A stretch of DNA of 64,000 bases from Chitinivibrionales bacterium (GCA_038247415.1 JBBRUX010000003.1:74013-138012); one strand, 5' to 3'. Counted from the stretch's first letter, positions 8,762-18,460 are shown. Notes: generated from the sequence alone by a model not told the origin. A program made the numbers and translations.

Positions 8762-10026
8762 AAGTTCCTCGGGATAGAAATGGTGAAAGTAGTTGGACTG
8801 CCGGGTTTAAGGGCGAGCGTGTATCCGAGTCGTTCACAGACCGTTTTTGTAATTGCCAAGCCTAACCCTGTTCCATTGTTATGCGATGTTACAAACGGTT
8901 CAAAAAGAGTTTTTCGAATAGATTCTGGTACTCCTGGTCCGCTATCGGCAAGCGAAAGAACACCGAGTTGCTTTTCTAAAGAGAATTCGGCTTTAATACT
9001 TCCCGTTTCTTTCATGGCTTGTGCTGCATTACGAATTAGATTGTCGATTGCTTGACGTAGCGCATCGGGATCGGTTGTGATGCTATAAGAATTGTCGATT
9101 AAAAGAGAGAAAATAATAGTGGGATAGATAAGTTTGTATGGTTCGGTGATGGCTACAAAGAGTGGTGCAAGCTGTACCTTTTTTAATACCAGCGGACGTT
9201 CACGAGAAAAGGCAAGCATGTCGTCGATAAGGCGGGAAAGTCGCATTACTTCTTCGCTTAAAAAAGTAAATGCTTTATGGTGATGTTGTGGATCAAATTG
9301 TTTTTGTAATACATCGGCACTCGCTTTAAGAATGGCAAGAGGGTTTTTAAGCTCGTGGGCCAGCTCGGCGCTCATTCTTCCCAAAAAAGCAAGCCTGTCG
9401 GTATGGGCAATCTTGTGTTGATTCTTACGGGCAACCTGAGTAAGCCAAATTATACCAGCACACATGACAATCGTAAGCAGGGCAAGTACAAGGGTGATTG
9501 CGTAAAAATATCCTTCTACTTTTTGCGTAAGCGTCAAGTCGTCTTGGTTAGATTCCAGAACAATAAGGGCTGGGGTTAATCCGATTGTGCAAGGATAATA
9601 GAGCGAATTAAAGGATACCCCATCGAGTGTTTGAATGGGTGTCAGGGAAGGGATAGTACGGGAGGCTGCTGTTTTAAAGAGTTCTGGAAAAGCAAGAAAT
9701 GGTAACAGATCATCGCCGCGCTGAATAATCTGCTGGCTGCTGTAAAGAACCATCCCCGTTGTAGAAGTAATAACAATACGCTCAAATCCACATCCCCGAG
9801 AAAATTGACCAAGCCACTGGGAAATCGCCTGCGGATCGGTATCGTTTCCCATTAACTTTTCCTGCGTGGTAGCAGCAGCGTAGGCCGCAAACGATGACAT
9901 ACGGGCGAGAGCTCGAGTGCGTTGTTGGCCTACCCCAGAAGAAAATATGAGCATGGTAATAACAAAAAAGATTGTTATCGAGCCAATGATGATACAAAGA
10001 AGAGTAAATAAATAGCGGTTTTTCAT
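8746..10026 (-). CDS. Membrane sensor histidine kinase
   Basis: Two TM helices, LAHELKNPL H-box, N-box NLIRNA, DSGPG, GTGLGL. Confidence 0.93.
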   Translation of the reverse strand: MKNRYLFTLLCIIIGSITIFFVITMLIFSSGVGQQRTRALARMSSFAAYAAATTQEKLMGNDTDPQAISQWLGQFSRGCGFERIVITSTTGMVLYSSQQIIQRGDDLLPFLAFPELFKTAASRTIPSLTPIQTLDGVSFNSLYYPCTIGLTPALIVLESNQDDLTLTQKVEGYFYAITLVLALLTIVMCAGIIWLTQVARKNQHKIAHTDRLAFLGRMSAELAHELKNPLAILKASADVLQKQFDPQHHHKAFTFLSEEVMRLSRLIDDMLAFSRERPLVLKKVQLAPLFVAITEPYKLIYPTIIFSLLIDNSYSITTDPDALRQAIDNLIRNAAQAMKETGSIKAEFSLEKQLGVLSLADSGPGVPESIRKTLFEPFVTSHNNGTGLGLAITKTVCERLGYTLALKPGSPTTFTISIPRNLWHTS

Positions 10027-11675
10027 GGTAATTTGACTGAAATGGATGCTGAAATCTCAAAAAAGGAGGTCTTGGTAGTTGTCGTAGTTCCTATTTCGGT
10101 AGAATAAGATCCCAAAAGATCTGCCCGTATATGCCTGTTAAGAGTATAGCCTAAAGCTCCTTGTATGCCAAGGGTATTTGAAAGGGATAGCAGAGGAGAA
10201 TCGCTTGACGCGGGCCGATCCATACGGTAACTTCCGTCGATGCTTATCTCAATTGTTGGAGCTGTAAAGGAGATTCCAGCCCGAGGAGAGATGGTATAGC
10301 CACTTTCCCAAATCATAGCAGAATCATATAAAGTATATCCATTATCACTTGTGGTAACCGCGGGATAATTCCCTATAAGAAATTCACATCCAAATGTCAA
10401 TAAAAGAGGATCGGATAGATCGAGAGAAAACTCCGGGTCACATCGAAATGCATGACCAACAAGAGTATATGAATCTTTGATAGTACGAAGCGTTTTAGTA
10501 TAGAGCAATGAATCGGCCGGGTTGACTATATGTGATGAGTCGGTGCGAATGATGGTGTCTTGAGTTGAGATTATTGAATCGTTGTAATAGCGAGAGGTAT
10601 AGGTATACAATATGGCGCAGGATAGCGAAAGCAGTGTGCCAGTAGTAATAGATGCTGTAAGCGAGTTTTCGGATTCAAAACTTGTATGGAGAAAATCTCG
10701 ACTTAGGCACGAAGTTGAAAGCGCCGTACTTGAGAAAAAAAGATTCGCGTTTGTGCCCCAATAGGACGCGTGAAGGGCTGGGCCAGCGCTTACATTATCT
10801 AATGAATCGTCGGGGCCTTGATAATTGGTATAGGCAGAAGATAGTATGAACTGGATAGTAGATTGCGGTGTAATTAAGTACGAAAGTGAAGGCGATATAT
10901 GAATGTTTTGAAACGACGATGCCCCACTGCGGTCGAACATAGTTGATACCGCATTGGCTGCAATAGGCAAACTCAGCACGAGATGTTTTTTGCAAAGGGT
11001 ATCAACACGAGTGACTTCCAGAGACCCTCGTATGTTGTCGGCAGAATCTTTCCAGGGCTGATTTACATTTTTAGTACCACCCAGAGTCCCCGTCGACACC
11101 ACATGTCCTAAGGGCGATTGCAATTGCCAATTGATAGACGCCGATGCTCGGGCATTTGATACTTCTGTTTGTAAAGAAATGGATCGTAGGCTCGGGGTGA
11201 TTTTTTCTAAAAGTACCGTGGCGCTCAATTCGCCGTTATAGACCTCCGTGTCAAGCGAATTGTAGCTCTTAGATGCCGAATCGATAAATAAATAACTCGA
11301 TGAATCGGAATTTTCTGAAAATCCGGCCTGTGCTTGAATAGTCCATGTTGGCTTTAAGGAATTAGATGCACGGGAGGGTTTTACGTTTTGTGTACTTTTA
11401 TTTGAATCTGCTACCACAGGCGAATTACCCAAAGGAAGCAGCGCCAGCGCATCTAAAAAAAGCTTAGCACGTGCGAGCTCATCTGCAGCACGCAGGTAGG
11501 CACTATCTTCTTCGGTTGGTTTGTTTTTAGTCAAGGCCTCTCGCCCGAGTTCGAATAAGAGAGAATCCTGCGTAATGGGTTCGGATTGAGCTTTGGAAAG
11601 CGTGAATAGCCCAATGAATGCTGCGCAATAAGCTATGTAATGAATGCGCCAATGTAGGGGAAAAACATGCAGCAT
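10023..11675 (-). CDS. Hypothetical exported protein, probably an outer-membrane beta-barrel
   Basis: Signal-peptide-like N-terminus, Ser/Thr-rich amphipathic beta-strand pattern, C-terminal FEISASISVKLP. Overlaps the kinase start (ATGA). Confidence 0.55.
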   Translation of the reverse strand: MLHVFPLHWRIHYIAYCAAFIGLFTLSKAQSEPITQDSLLFELGREALTKNKPTEEDSAYLRAADELARAKLFLDALALLPLGNSPVVADSNKSTQNVKPSRASNSLKPTWTIQAQAGFSENSDSSSYLFIDSASKSYNSLDTEVYNGELSATVLLEKITPSLRSISLQTEVSNARASASINWQLQSPLGHVVSTGTLGGTKNVNQPWKDSADNIRGSLEVTRVDTLCKKHLVLSLPIAANAVSTMFDRSGASSFQNIHISPSLSYLITPQSTIQFILSSAYTNYQGPDDSLDNVSAGPALHASYWGTNANLFFSSTALSTSCLSRDFLHTSFESENSLTASITTGTLLSLSCAILYTYTSRYYNDSIISTQDTIIRTDSSHIVNPADSLLYTKTLRTIKDSYTLVGHAFRCDPEFSLDLSDPLLLTFGCEFLIGNYPAVTTSDNGYTLYDSAMIWESGYTISPRAGISFTAPTIEISIDGSYRMDRPASSDSPLLSLSNTLGIQGALGYTLNRHIRADLLGSYSTEIGTTTTTKTSFFEISASISVKLP

Positions 11676-11759
11676 AGATATGTTGTAAATAAAGGTCTTG
11701 GTTTCGTTGAGATGCTAGCATAAAATACATGGCGACCAGTCTGCCTATCTTCTTCTCGA

Positions 11760-13220
11760 TTATTCTGTAATGTCGCCAAGGGAAGTGGAATCGTCTTCGA
11801 AGGGCACTGCAATAGCGCTTGTGGGCGCAACCAAAGATGTTGAAGCATCTTTTTGTGATATGATCTCTAAAAGCAGTACTTGGGCCTTTGCTAAATCTGC
11901 ACGATTGTCAGATGCGAGAGCTTCTGAAAGGATCTTTTTTGCTTGAGTGAGTTGTTGTTTTTCTTGCGGGGTCTGTGCTATTTCTTGCGCACGCTTAAGA
12001 AGCTCTGCAGAGGTAGATTGCGACGTAGTAGATGTTTGCAGGGCGGGGGGATTTTGGGTTGCAATATCAGCAGCTTTTGCAGCGAAGCGAAGCGCAATAT
12101 CGAGCTCTGCTTTTGCAATCCTAAGATTGTTTCGGTTTTTTGCTGCTTCTGCTCGAAAACGATGTTCGATTGCTTTACTCATAATATCCCGAGCAAGCGC
12201 ATTTCCCGATTTGGCAACGAGTTCCTTAGCATTTTCGATGCGCATAAGGGCACTTTCTAAACGGGCGACATCGGCGTTAAGGTTTTTATTATTTTCTTGC
12301 ATGATTGCGTCAACAAAGCCTCTTGCTTGACGTGCATGCAAAAACGCTTTTGAAATGTTTTTCGTGGAAAGTGCTGTTGCAGATCGGGCATTTTCATCTT
12401 TGGCGAGCGTTAAAAGTTGCAGTGCACGGTCTGAAGGCATTGTAGTAAGCGCTTCAATTTTTGTAATCATGTCAAGCGTCATTTCTGCATATGCTGCAAT
12501 ACTAGCTGCTTTGATGTTTTCGGCGAGCGTATCAAGAGTCGTTGCTTTCAGCGATTGCGCCATGTCACGAGCTTTGAGTGTTAGCTTAAGCGAACGCTCG
12601 AGTGCTCTATTTGCAAACGCTTTTTTTGCAAGATCTTGCATACTGAGTGCGCTTTTTAGTTTGTCGGCATCTTGTTGAGAGGGAGATAGTAGCGAGCGTG
12701 CTGCAGTGGCGATAACCTGGTCGGTTTTTCGAATGATTTCGGGTGCCCGCCTGGCAATGGCTGCTCGTCCCCGCATGTGCTGGCCATAGGTGCGAAGCGA
12801 TTGGAGGTATGCAGTAACATCAGATTCTAATGAGCTTATTTTTGATGACAGGGTAGATAAACGTGATTGACAGATAAGACATAACCGATCGGAGGCAATA
12901 TCGCGTGCAAGTGCATCGCGACTCATGCGAACATCAATCATACGAGAGGACAATGCCAAGCTTCGAGCTTGTTCTGTGGCTTTATTAATAAACTGGGTTA
13001 TAGCAGATTTGTCGGCATCATCAACGATTCTGCTAAGAGTAACCAGAGCAAACCATTTGTTTTCTAGATCTTTTAGTTTAACTACAATTTTTTCGAGGCG
13101 AGTGTTTTCGCGCGTGAGATCTGTTGAGATGTCTGCCCAGGCATTTAAAGAAAATCCCATGAGCAACCACATGGGAAGGATTTTGGAGCACAGAGAAAAT
13201 AGTAAACGATATGAATTCAT
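11760..13220 (-). CDS. Hypothetical periplasmic alpha-helical repeat protein
   Basis: Signal peptide ending AWA-D; Ala/Leu/Lys-rich helical modules (LKLTLKARDMA, FLHARQARGFV, ELDIALRFAAKA). SD AAGGAG. Confidence 0.65.
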   Translation of the reverse strand: MNSYRLLFSLCSKILPMWLLMGFSLNAWADISTDLTRENTRLEKIVVKLKDLENKWFALVTLSRIVDDADKSAITQFINKATEQARSLALSSRMIDVRMSRDALARDIASDRLCLICQSRLSTLSSKISSLESDVTAYLQSLRTYGQHMRGRAAIARRAPEIIRKTDQVIATAARSLLSPSQQDADKLKSALSMQDLAKKAFANRALERSLKLTLKARDMAQSLKATTLDTLAENIKAASIAAYAEMTLDMITKIEALTTMPSDRALQLLTLAKDENARSATALSTKNISKAFLHARQARGFVDAIMQENNKNLNADVARLESALMRIENAKELVAKSGNALARDIMSKAIEHRFRAEAAKNRNNLRIAKAELDIALRFAAKAADIATQNPPALQTSTTSQSTSAELLKRAQEIAQTPQEKQQLTQAKKILSEALASDNRADLAKAQVLLLEIISQKDASTSLVAPTSAIAVPFEDDSTSLGDITE

Positions 13221-13248
13221 AGGAAACTCCTTTTTGATCCATCTTTAC

Positions 13249-13264
13249 CGCAAAGCCTATGCCA
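13249..13264 (-). promoter_or_regulatory. Sigma54 (-24/-12) promoter
   Basis: Minus strand reads TGGCATAGGCTTTGCG, i.e. GG-N10-GC, 29 nt upstream of the ATG at 13220 of an operon that encodes a sigma54 activator. Confidence 0.75.
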
Positions 13265-13357
13265 GTAACTAAAAAAACTCAGAAATTCAATTGTAATGTT
13301 GTACCAGGGAGAAAAAACCGTTACTCTGCTTATATAATGCTCATCTTAGTATAGCGG

Positions 13358-13377
13358 TGTGTACGAGATGGTACACA
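13358..13377. promoter_or_regulatory. Putative enhancer (UAS) palindrome for the sigma54 activator
   Basis: TGTGTAC-N6-GTACACA about 100 bp upstream of the -24 element. Confidence 0.5.
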
Positions 13378-13914
13378 TTATAGGGTTAATTTCAACTGAA
13401 TGCCTGTGGATCGCCCTGAAGCTTTGGGCACAAGGGCAAAGCTCTTATGGCGTGGCGTGGTAAAATAAAGCGCCGGCAGAATGCCAACTAAAGCACCAGC
13501 AATCACATCTTCGGGATAATGTTTATGAGCAGCAATTCGTGTTGCACCAGTAACAAGTGCAAGCCCAAGGGCAGGAATACCAATACGTGGCCCATATCTT
13601 TTGTAAAGAAATACTGCGGGAGCAAACGTCATTGAAGTATGGCCGGAAACAAATGAGTAGGGTTCTGTATCTGGCCTTGTTTTGGGTATAGTAAGCTTTG
13701 TCCAGCCCGTGATAAGGGCGGCGGTTCCAAATGATTCTCCATACTGTAAAGTGCCTTCGTAATCATGTTCCAAAAGGGTGTAACCCCCCGCCGCAAGGGG
13801 TAGTGCAACTCGTAAAATGTCACCGCACAGCGCAAATGCTTTTTCTTGCGACGACTCGGATGCGTTACTCATACAGCATAAAAAAAAGAGACTTACAGCA
13901 ACTTTGCTAAACAT
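13378..13914 (-). CDS. PAP2-family phosphatase (LpxE-like)
   Basis: K....KTRP, SFVSGH, TRIAAHKHYPED motifs; signal-like N-terminus. Confidence 0.85.
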   Translation of the reverse strand: MFSKVAVSLFFLCCMSNASESSQEKAFALCGDILRVALPLAAGGYTLLEHDYEGTLQYGESFGTAALITGWTKLTIPKTRPDTEPYSFVSGHTSMTFAPAVFLYKRYGPRIGIPALGLALVTGATRIAAHKHYPEDVIAGALVGILPALYFTTPRHKSFALVPKASGRSTGIQLKLTL

Positions 13915-13960
13915 TGGTAGTATCCTTGAGGGAGTGTTTACAGGATCATACTAATTTAAT

Positions 13961-15739
13961 TTAGGCCGGAGGCACAATATCTTGCCTTGTGCACAATGCC
14001 CGGTACTGTTCGCAGGTATAGTAGATTTCTGCGTGGCTTCCGGCTGCAATGCTTGTGCCTTTTTCTAGATATACTATGGTGTCGCATTCGAGTACCGTAG
14101 AAAGCCTGTGGGCAATGATAACTGCAGTTCGTCCTTGAAAAAGCTTTTTCATGGTTGTCTGAATCTTTTTTTCTGTAATGCTATCAAGGGCAGATGTTGC
14201 TTCGTCAAACAGTACGATGGGAGGATTTTTGAGAAAAACGCGAGCAATAGAAAGTCTTTGGCGCTGCCCACCCGAAAGTCTTACTCCTCGCTCTCCCAGT
14301 ACCGTGTCAAGACCTTGAGCCATTTCATTAACAAAGGTGAGTGCCATGGCATTTTCGAGGGCTTGTGATATTTCTTCATCGGTCGCATCCGATTTGGCAA
14401 TGAGCATATTTTCGCGAACGCTTCCGCTGAGGATGGTTGTATCCTGCATCACAAAACCAACCTGTTCTCGGAGGCTCTGTTGGGCAATATCGAGAATATC
14501 AACCCCGTCAAGCAGCACCTGCCCCGATTGAGGCTTCATGAAGCGCAAGAGCATATGGGCAATGGTCGATTTGCCTGCACCACTTTCGCCAACGATTGCA
14601 ACACTCGTGTGAGGCTTTATGGTTAGCGAAAAATTCGAGAGCACAATTTTAGTTGGGTCTGCGGGGTATGCAAAGAGCACATTTTTAAAGGATATCGATC
14701 CTGTTAAATCAAACGATTGTGCACGCGGCCTATCTTCGATAAGCGGGGTTTGTTTAAAAAATTCTATGATGCGATCGAAGCTTGCGAAGGAGGAAAAAAC
14801 TTGTGCCAATTGACTCAGAACATTTGCTGCATGCCATGACGAAGATCTCCAGTAGGTAAAAAAGGCGACAAGCGTTGCAACAGTAAATTTGGGCCCAATA
14901 AGCAATGCCCCCAGTGCGAGCATGAACAGGGGGCCAATTAAGGTAATAAAGGTATTGATGGTATCGCTATAATAGATGCCCACTCGTTTACTGCGCAGTG
15001 TTTTTTTTAGAAACGAGTCACACAGTTCTCGTATCGAGGCAGAGAAACGTTCTTCCTGTGCAAACGATTGAATAAGGGTCATCGATGAAATGTTTTCGGT
15101 CATACGCGCGTTTACTTTGCCAAGATCATCGCGAGCTTGTCGGTTAAGAGAACGCATAAAGGGAAATATGCGTAAAGAAATGAGGAGGAGTATAAGCAGC
15201 ACCCCTCCATAGAGCGCAAGCATAGTAGTATTAAGAAATCCCATGATAATAACCGAGGTTGTAAGAAGGCTAAGAACCCAAAACATATACTGAAATTGAC
15301 TATACAGTTCCATAACACCGGTCATAGTATCGTTTGTTAATCGTGAGGTAATTTCTCCCACATGGGTGCGTTGATAAAAATCGAGATCTAATCGCTGCAG
15401 ATGTGCATACAGTTCGGTTTGGATAGATACCATGGTCTTGGCTCCAATAACCTGCCAGAGGGTATGCTGTGTTACGGCAATTGCATAAAAAACAATAACT
15501 ACAGCCATGCCAACACACGAAAAGGGAAGAAGCTCCCGGTGTACAAAGGCCACAGGATCTTTAAGCAATCTGTCAACAACATAGCCAAGCATCCCTGGTA
15601 CAATGCCTTGAATAATGCCATCGAGCGAAAGAAGAAAAACATGAAGAGGAATTAGTTTTCGGGTTGGTCCTGCATATTTCCAGAAAGTCGATACTATTTC
15701 GGCAATCTTGGCTTGACGCGGTAAGGTTTGTGTTTTCAT
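13961..15739 (-). CDS. ABC exporter, fused permease/ATPase (MsbA/Sav1866-like)
   Basis: Multi-TM N-terminal domain, GESGAGKST, LSGGQRQR, DEATSALD, IAHRLST. Confidence 0.93.
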   Translation of the reverse strand: MKTQTLPRQAKIAEIVSTFWKYAGPTRKLIPLHVFLLSLDGIIQGIVPGMLGYVVDRLLKDPVAFVHRELLPFSCVGMAVVIVFYAIAVTQHTLWQVIGAKTMVSIQTELYAHLQRLDLDFYQRTHVGEITSRLTNDTMTGVMELYSQFQYMFWVLSLLTTSVIIMGFLNTTMLALYGGVLLILLLISLRIFPFMRSLNRQARDDLGKVNARMTENISSMTLIQSFAQEERFSASIRELCDSFLKKTLRSKRVGIYYSDTINTFITLIGPLFMLALGALLIGPKFTVATLVAFFTYWRSSSWHAANVLSQLAQVFSSFASFDRIIEFFKQTPLIEDRPRAQSFDLTGSISFKNVLFAYPADPTKIVLSNFSLTIKPHTSVAIVGESGAGKSTIAHMLLRFMKPQSGQVLLDGVDILDIAQQSLREQVGFVMQDTTILSGSVRENMLIAKSDATDEEISQALENAMALTFVNEMAQGLDTVLGERGVRLSGGQRQRLSIARVFLKNPPIVLFDEATSALDSITEKKIQTTMKKLFQGRTAVIIAHRLSTVLECDTIVYLEKGTSIAAGSHAEIYYTCEQYRALCTRQDIVPPA

Positions 15740-15822
15740 AGGTTACACAGGTGTCCTTGAATTAAACAAAAAAACCTTGAATGCGACTGAAATCAGGCAA
15801 CATTCAAGGTTTAGATAAATCG

Positions 15823-15876
15823 AAAGAATCGGGGTGACTGGATTTGAACCAGCGGCCACTTGAACCCCATTCAAGT
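15823..15876 (-). repeat. att-like duplication of the 3' part of tRNA-Pro (54-bp direct repeat of 17754..17807)
   Basis: AAAGAATCGGGGTGACTGGATTTGAACCAGCGGCCACTTGAACCCCATTCAAGT occurs identically at both positions. Confidence 0.95.
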
Positions 15877-15942
15877 CTCATAATTTAAAATAGTTGTTTT
15901 CTTTTGGGAATTGCAAGAAACAGAGATGGGCATTTTGTTAGC

Positions 15943-16505
15943 TTAATTCTGTCGCCCATCATCCCGTGCAAGATAGCGGACAATACAGGAGTTGAAAAGA
16001 AGCCAAGAAAGAGAGCCCATTCGTGCAGTAACTGTTACCTGCTGAGAATTAAATAGGCACGATTTGTGAATGGAACATTGATGGGTAAGATCAAGAATGA
16101 ATCCTGATGTGAATGATCGCACCAAGGGGGTAAGTAGAATTTTTTGAAACTGTTGTAACGCCTCAAACCGTCGATAACAGAAGCAGGAACGTCTTTGTCT
16201 AGCTCAATCAGAGGTGATACGTGGGAGTATTCCAAGTCATGTCTATCTCGATCCAGATCACAGGTATTTCCTATAATGATCCATTGAGCACATTCTCCGT
16301 CTATCGTAGAAATATCTCCTTCAGAATCAATCACAGGAAAAGGTGACCGAAATTGCACGACATCGCCTTGGCATAATGCAACATCTGGGAGTGTATCGTC
16401 AGAGTAGAAAATCCTAAATATACTTTGAGTCGATATGAGGTCTTTTATTTGGGTCGTCAATGTATCAAAATCGTACGTGGGAGGCCACCCACGAGAAGTG
16501 GTCAT
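15943..16505 (-). pseudogene. Frameshifted PemK/MazF-like hypothetical protein
   Basis: The 5' frame has LCQGDVV...IIIGNTCDL...FYLPP. A protein-like continuation GFILDLTHQCSIH...ARMG..SW.LF...IVRYLARDDG lies in the adjacent frame, from about 16110 to the stop at 15943. Confidence 0.55.
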
Positions 16506-16924
16506 GACATTTTCTTATAGGGATTGATAAAGAGTTTCTTAGTTTTAACTTCTCTGCCCGCAAAGTGCGAATCAATGGCCTTATCAACTTCGGCATCCAC
16601 AGGAAGAAATGCCCTTCTCTGGATGAATTGAAGCCCTTGGAACAGCGGGGTAGAAAAGTCGTCGACAGAACAAACTTCGCTGAGATTCATTGGAACGAGA
16701 TTTGATTCCGCAGAGGAGAGTGTTAAACTTGAAGTGTTCTTGATGCCCATAAACCCTCCGCCACTTGAAAAATGTACAGCTGTCGAATAGAGAGGTTCTG
16801 TTTCGGCAGCATAGGTTGTAGATGGTGACAATGCGATACCGCTTAATACTACCATGGCGGCAGCAAGAGGGAAGCGGTTTTGAAAAGGACCTTTGTCAAC
16901 TGATGAATACGTCGGGGATTCCAT
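16502..16924 (-). CDS. Hypothetical protein with an N-proximal hydrophobic segment (middle gene of the islet)
   Basis: 140-aa ORF starting 1 nt after the upstream stop and overlapping the downstream start (ATGA). Confidence 0.7.
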   Translation of the reverse strand: MESPTYSSVDKGPFQNRFPLAAAMVVLSGIALSPSTTYAAETEPLYSTAVHFSSGGGFMGIKNTSSLTLSSAESNLVPMNLSEVCSVDDFSTPLFQGLQFIQRRAFLPVDAEVDKAIDSHFAGREVKTKKLFINPYKKMS

Positions 16925-16925
16925 C

Positions 16926-17672
16926 TTAATACTCCGGATTGAGCGTATCGATAAATTCCTGTTTTAATAATGAAAAGAATAATTCCTTCTCACGAGAATG
17001 GCATTCGTCAATCAATTCGAATAGACCAGAAAATGAAAACCCGGCGGTAGACTCGAAAAATGTATCTGAATCAAGCACTGACCCAGTTTTTTGAGCCCCT
17101 TGTATCGTAGCTTGGGAATTATTCGCAATCTGAATGTTAGTCAGGAATTTACCGTATTCGACTACCGACCGATAGATTCGTTGCTTAGAAGGAAGAGGTT
17201 TCTTGTCAACAATAATATCAGGCATGGTAAATGTGACGTTATCGAAAATGTCATTTTCGAAGAAATCAATGTATCGAATACCTATGCGAGTAAACTTGGA
17301 AACAATCTCGACTTTATTAAGTTTATCGAGGATGTCTTTGAGCTTAAGTAAAAATTTATCCCATCCGACATACTCGCCAACATTAGAGAGAGAAACCACT
17401 CGCGGCCCTATCCTTAAAACAAAGGATGATGACACGCCTTGATAATGTGGAGAAAATTTTAAGTTTGGGTCATGGTTGCGCAGTGGCTCAGGAACATCAG
17501 CAACAGGCAACCGTTGAAATTGCGGGTATTCGGTTTTGACTGCTGAGAAGATAATACCAAAAATGGCATCTGGCTGAATCGCGCTATCAAAGCGGAGTTC
17601 GACGACAGAGTCTATTATTGGGCAAAGAGCAATTCTTTTTGGTAAGCGCATCATACTTTTAAAATATAGCAT
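16926..17672 (-). CDS. TIGR04255-family protein
   Basis: CPIIDSVVELRF, YVGWDKF, RIGIRYIDFF, VLDSD, EKELFFSLL. Confidence 0.8.
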   Translation of the reverse strand: MLYFKSMMRLPKRIALCPIIDSVVELRFDSAIQPDAIFGIIFSAVKTEYPQFQRLPVADVPEPLRNHDPNLKFSPHYQGVSSSFVLRIGPRVVSLSNVGEYVGWDKFLLKLKDILDKLNKVEIVSKFTRIGIRYIDFFENDIFDNVTFTMPDIIVDKKPLPSKQRIYRSVVEYGKFLTNIQIANNSQATIQGAQKTGSVLDSDTFFESTAGFSFSGLFELIDECHSREKELFFSLLKQEFIDTLNPEY

Positions 17673-17759
17673 ATGTTTCAGTTTAACACTAAAACAATTT
17701 ACTCGTTAAAAAAAGCCCTCAAAAATGCATTTTTTTACATTTCTGAAGGCAATAAAGAA

Positions 17760-17833
17760 TCGGGGTGACTGGATTTGAACCAGCGGCCACTTGAACCCCA
17801 TTCAAGTGCGCTACCAGACTGCGCTACACCCCG
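17760..17833 (-). tRNA. tRNA-Pro(GGG)
   Basis: Minus strand CGGGGTGTAGCGCAGTCTGGTAGCGCACTTGAATGGGGTTCAAGTGGCCGCTGGTTCAAATCCAGTCACCCCGA. Confidence 0.95.
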
Positions 17834-17890
17834 AGGCTAATAAAATAATTAATTTTTTAAGCGAGCGCTATTGAATTTGAAATTATAGAG

Positions 17891-18460
17891 CTAGATTGAT
17901 GATTGAATTATTGCGGCAGAATCTAGGTGCGCCATACTCATCTGGCATCCACAATAATTTTGCCGATATATGGCATATTCCTTGCAAAGCCCCAGACTTT
18001 CTAAAAAGCCATTCTTTTTTTTAAGATCAACATCGAGATACTGTATGGTATAGGCATAAGACGCTTTTGAGGCTGATGCACGAATCATAGAAATGCTTTT
18101 ATGGGGGCTTACCGATAGCACGGTTCCAAAGTGGGAAAAATTATTTTTTTTTGCATAGTCGGCAGCAGTTTCAAGGCGGAGGTCGATGCAGACCTCACAG
18201 CGTGCCCCTTTTTCTGGCTCATTTTCCAGTCCCTTAATTTTTTGAATGAAGAAGTCGGTGTTGTAATTTCCCTCTGTAAATGGTATTGAGAGCAGTTGCG
18301 CTATTCGCTGCGCTTCATCGCGCCTTTTAAGGTATTCGCTTGTGGGGAAAATGTTAGGATTGTAAAAGAAGATTGTTATATCCCAATCGCAGCGTAATCG
18401 CATGATGCCCACAATTTCGTCGGGCGCACAGCAGCTATGAAGAAGAAGTTTAGGAGACAT
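17891..18460 (-). CDS. queH: Epoxyqueuosine reductase QueH (DUF208)
   Basis: LLLHSCCAP, FYNPNI.P..EY..R, EPEKGARC..C...RL, SPHK, YRQNYCGC. Probable start is MSPKLLL at 18460 (ORF track gives 18493). Confidence 0.9.
   Translation of the reverse strand: MSPKLLLHSCCAPDEIVGIMRLRCDWDITIFFYNPNIFPTSEYLKRRDEAQRIAQLLSIPFTEGNYNTDFFIQKIKGLENEPEKGARCEVCIDLRLETAADYAKKNNFSHFGTVLSVSPHKSISMIRASASKASYAYTIQYLDVDLKKKNGFLESLGLCKEYAIYRQNYCGCQMSMAHLDSAAIIQSSI

Larger units (their letters stand above)
15823..17807. mobile_element. tRNA-Pro-integrated genomic islet (about 1.9 kb, no integrase)
   Basis: Bounded by the 54-bp direct repeats; contains three co-oriented cargo genes. Confidence 0.8.

Noticed and set aside
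18415..18445. QueH CCAPD instead of CCAPC
   Set aside because: An Asp at this position occurs in other QueH proteins as I recall; not distinctive.
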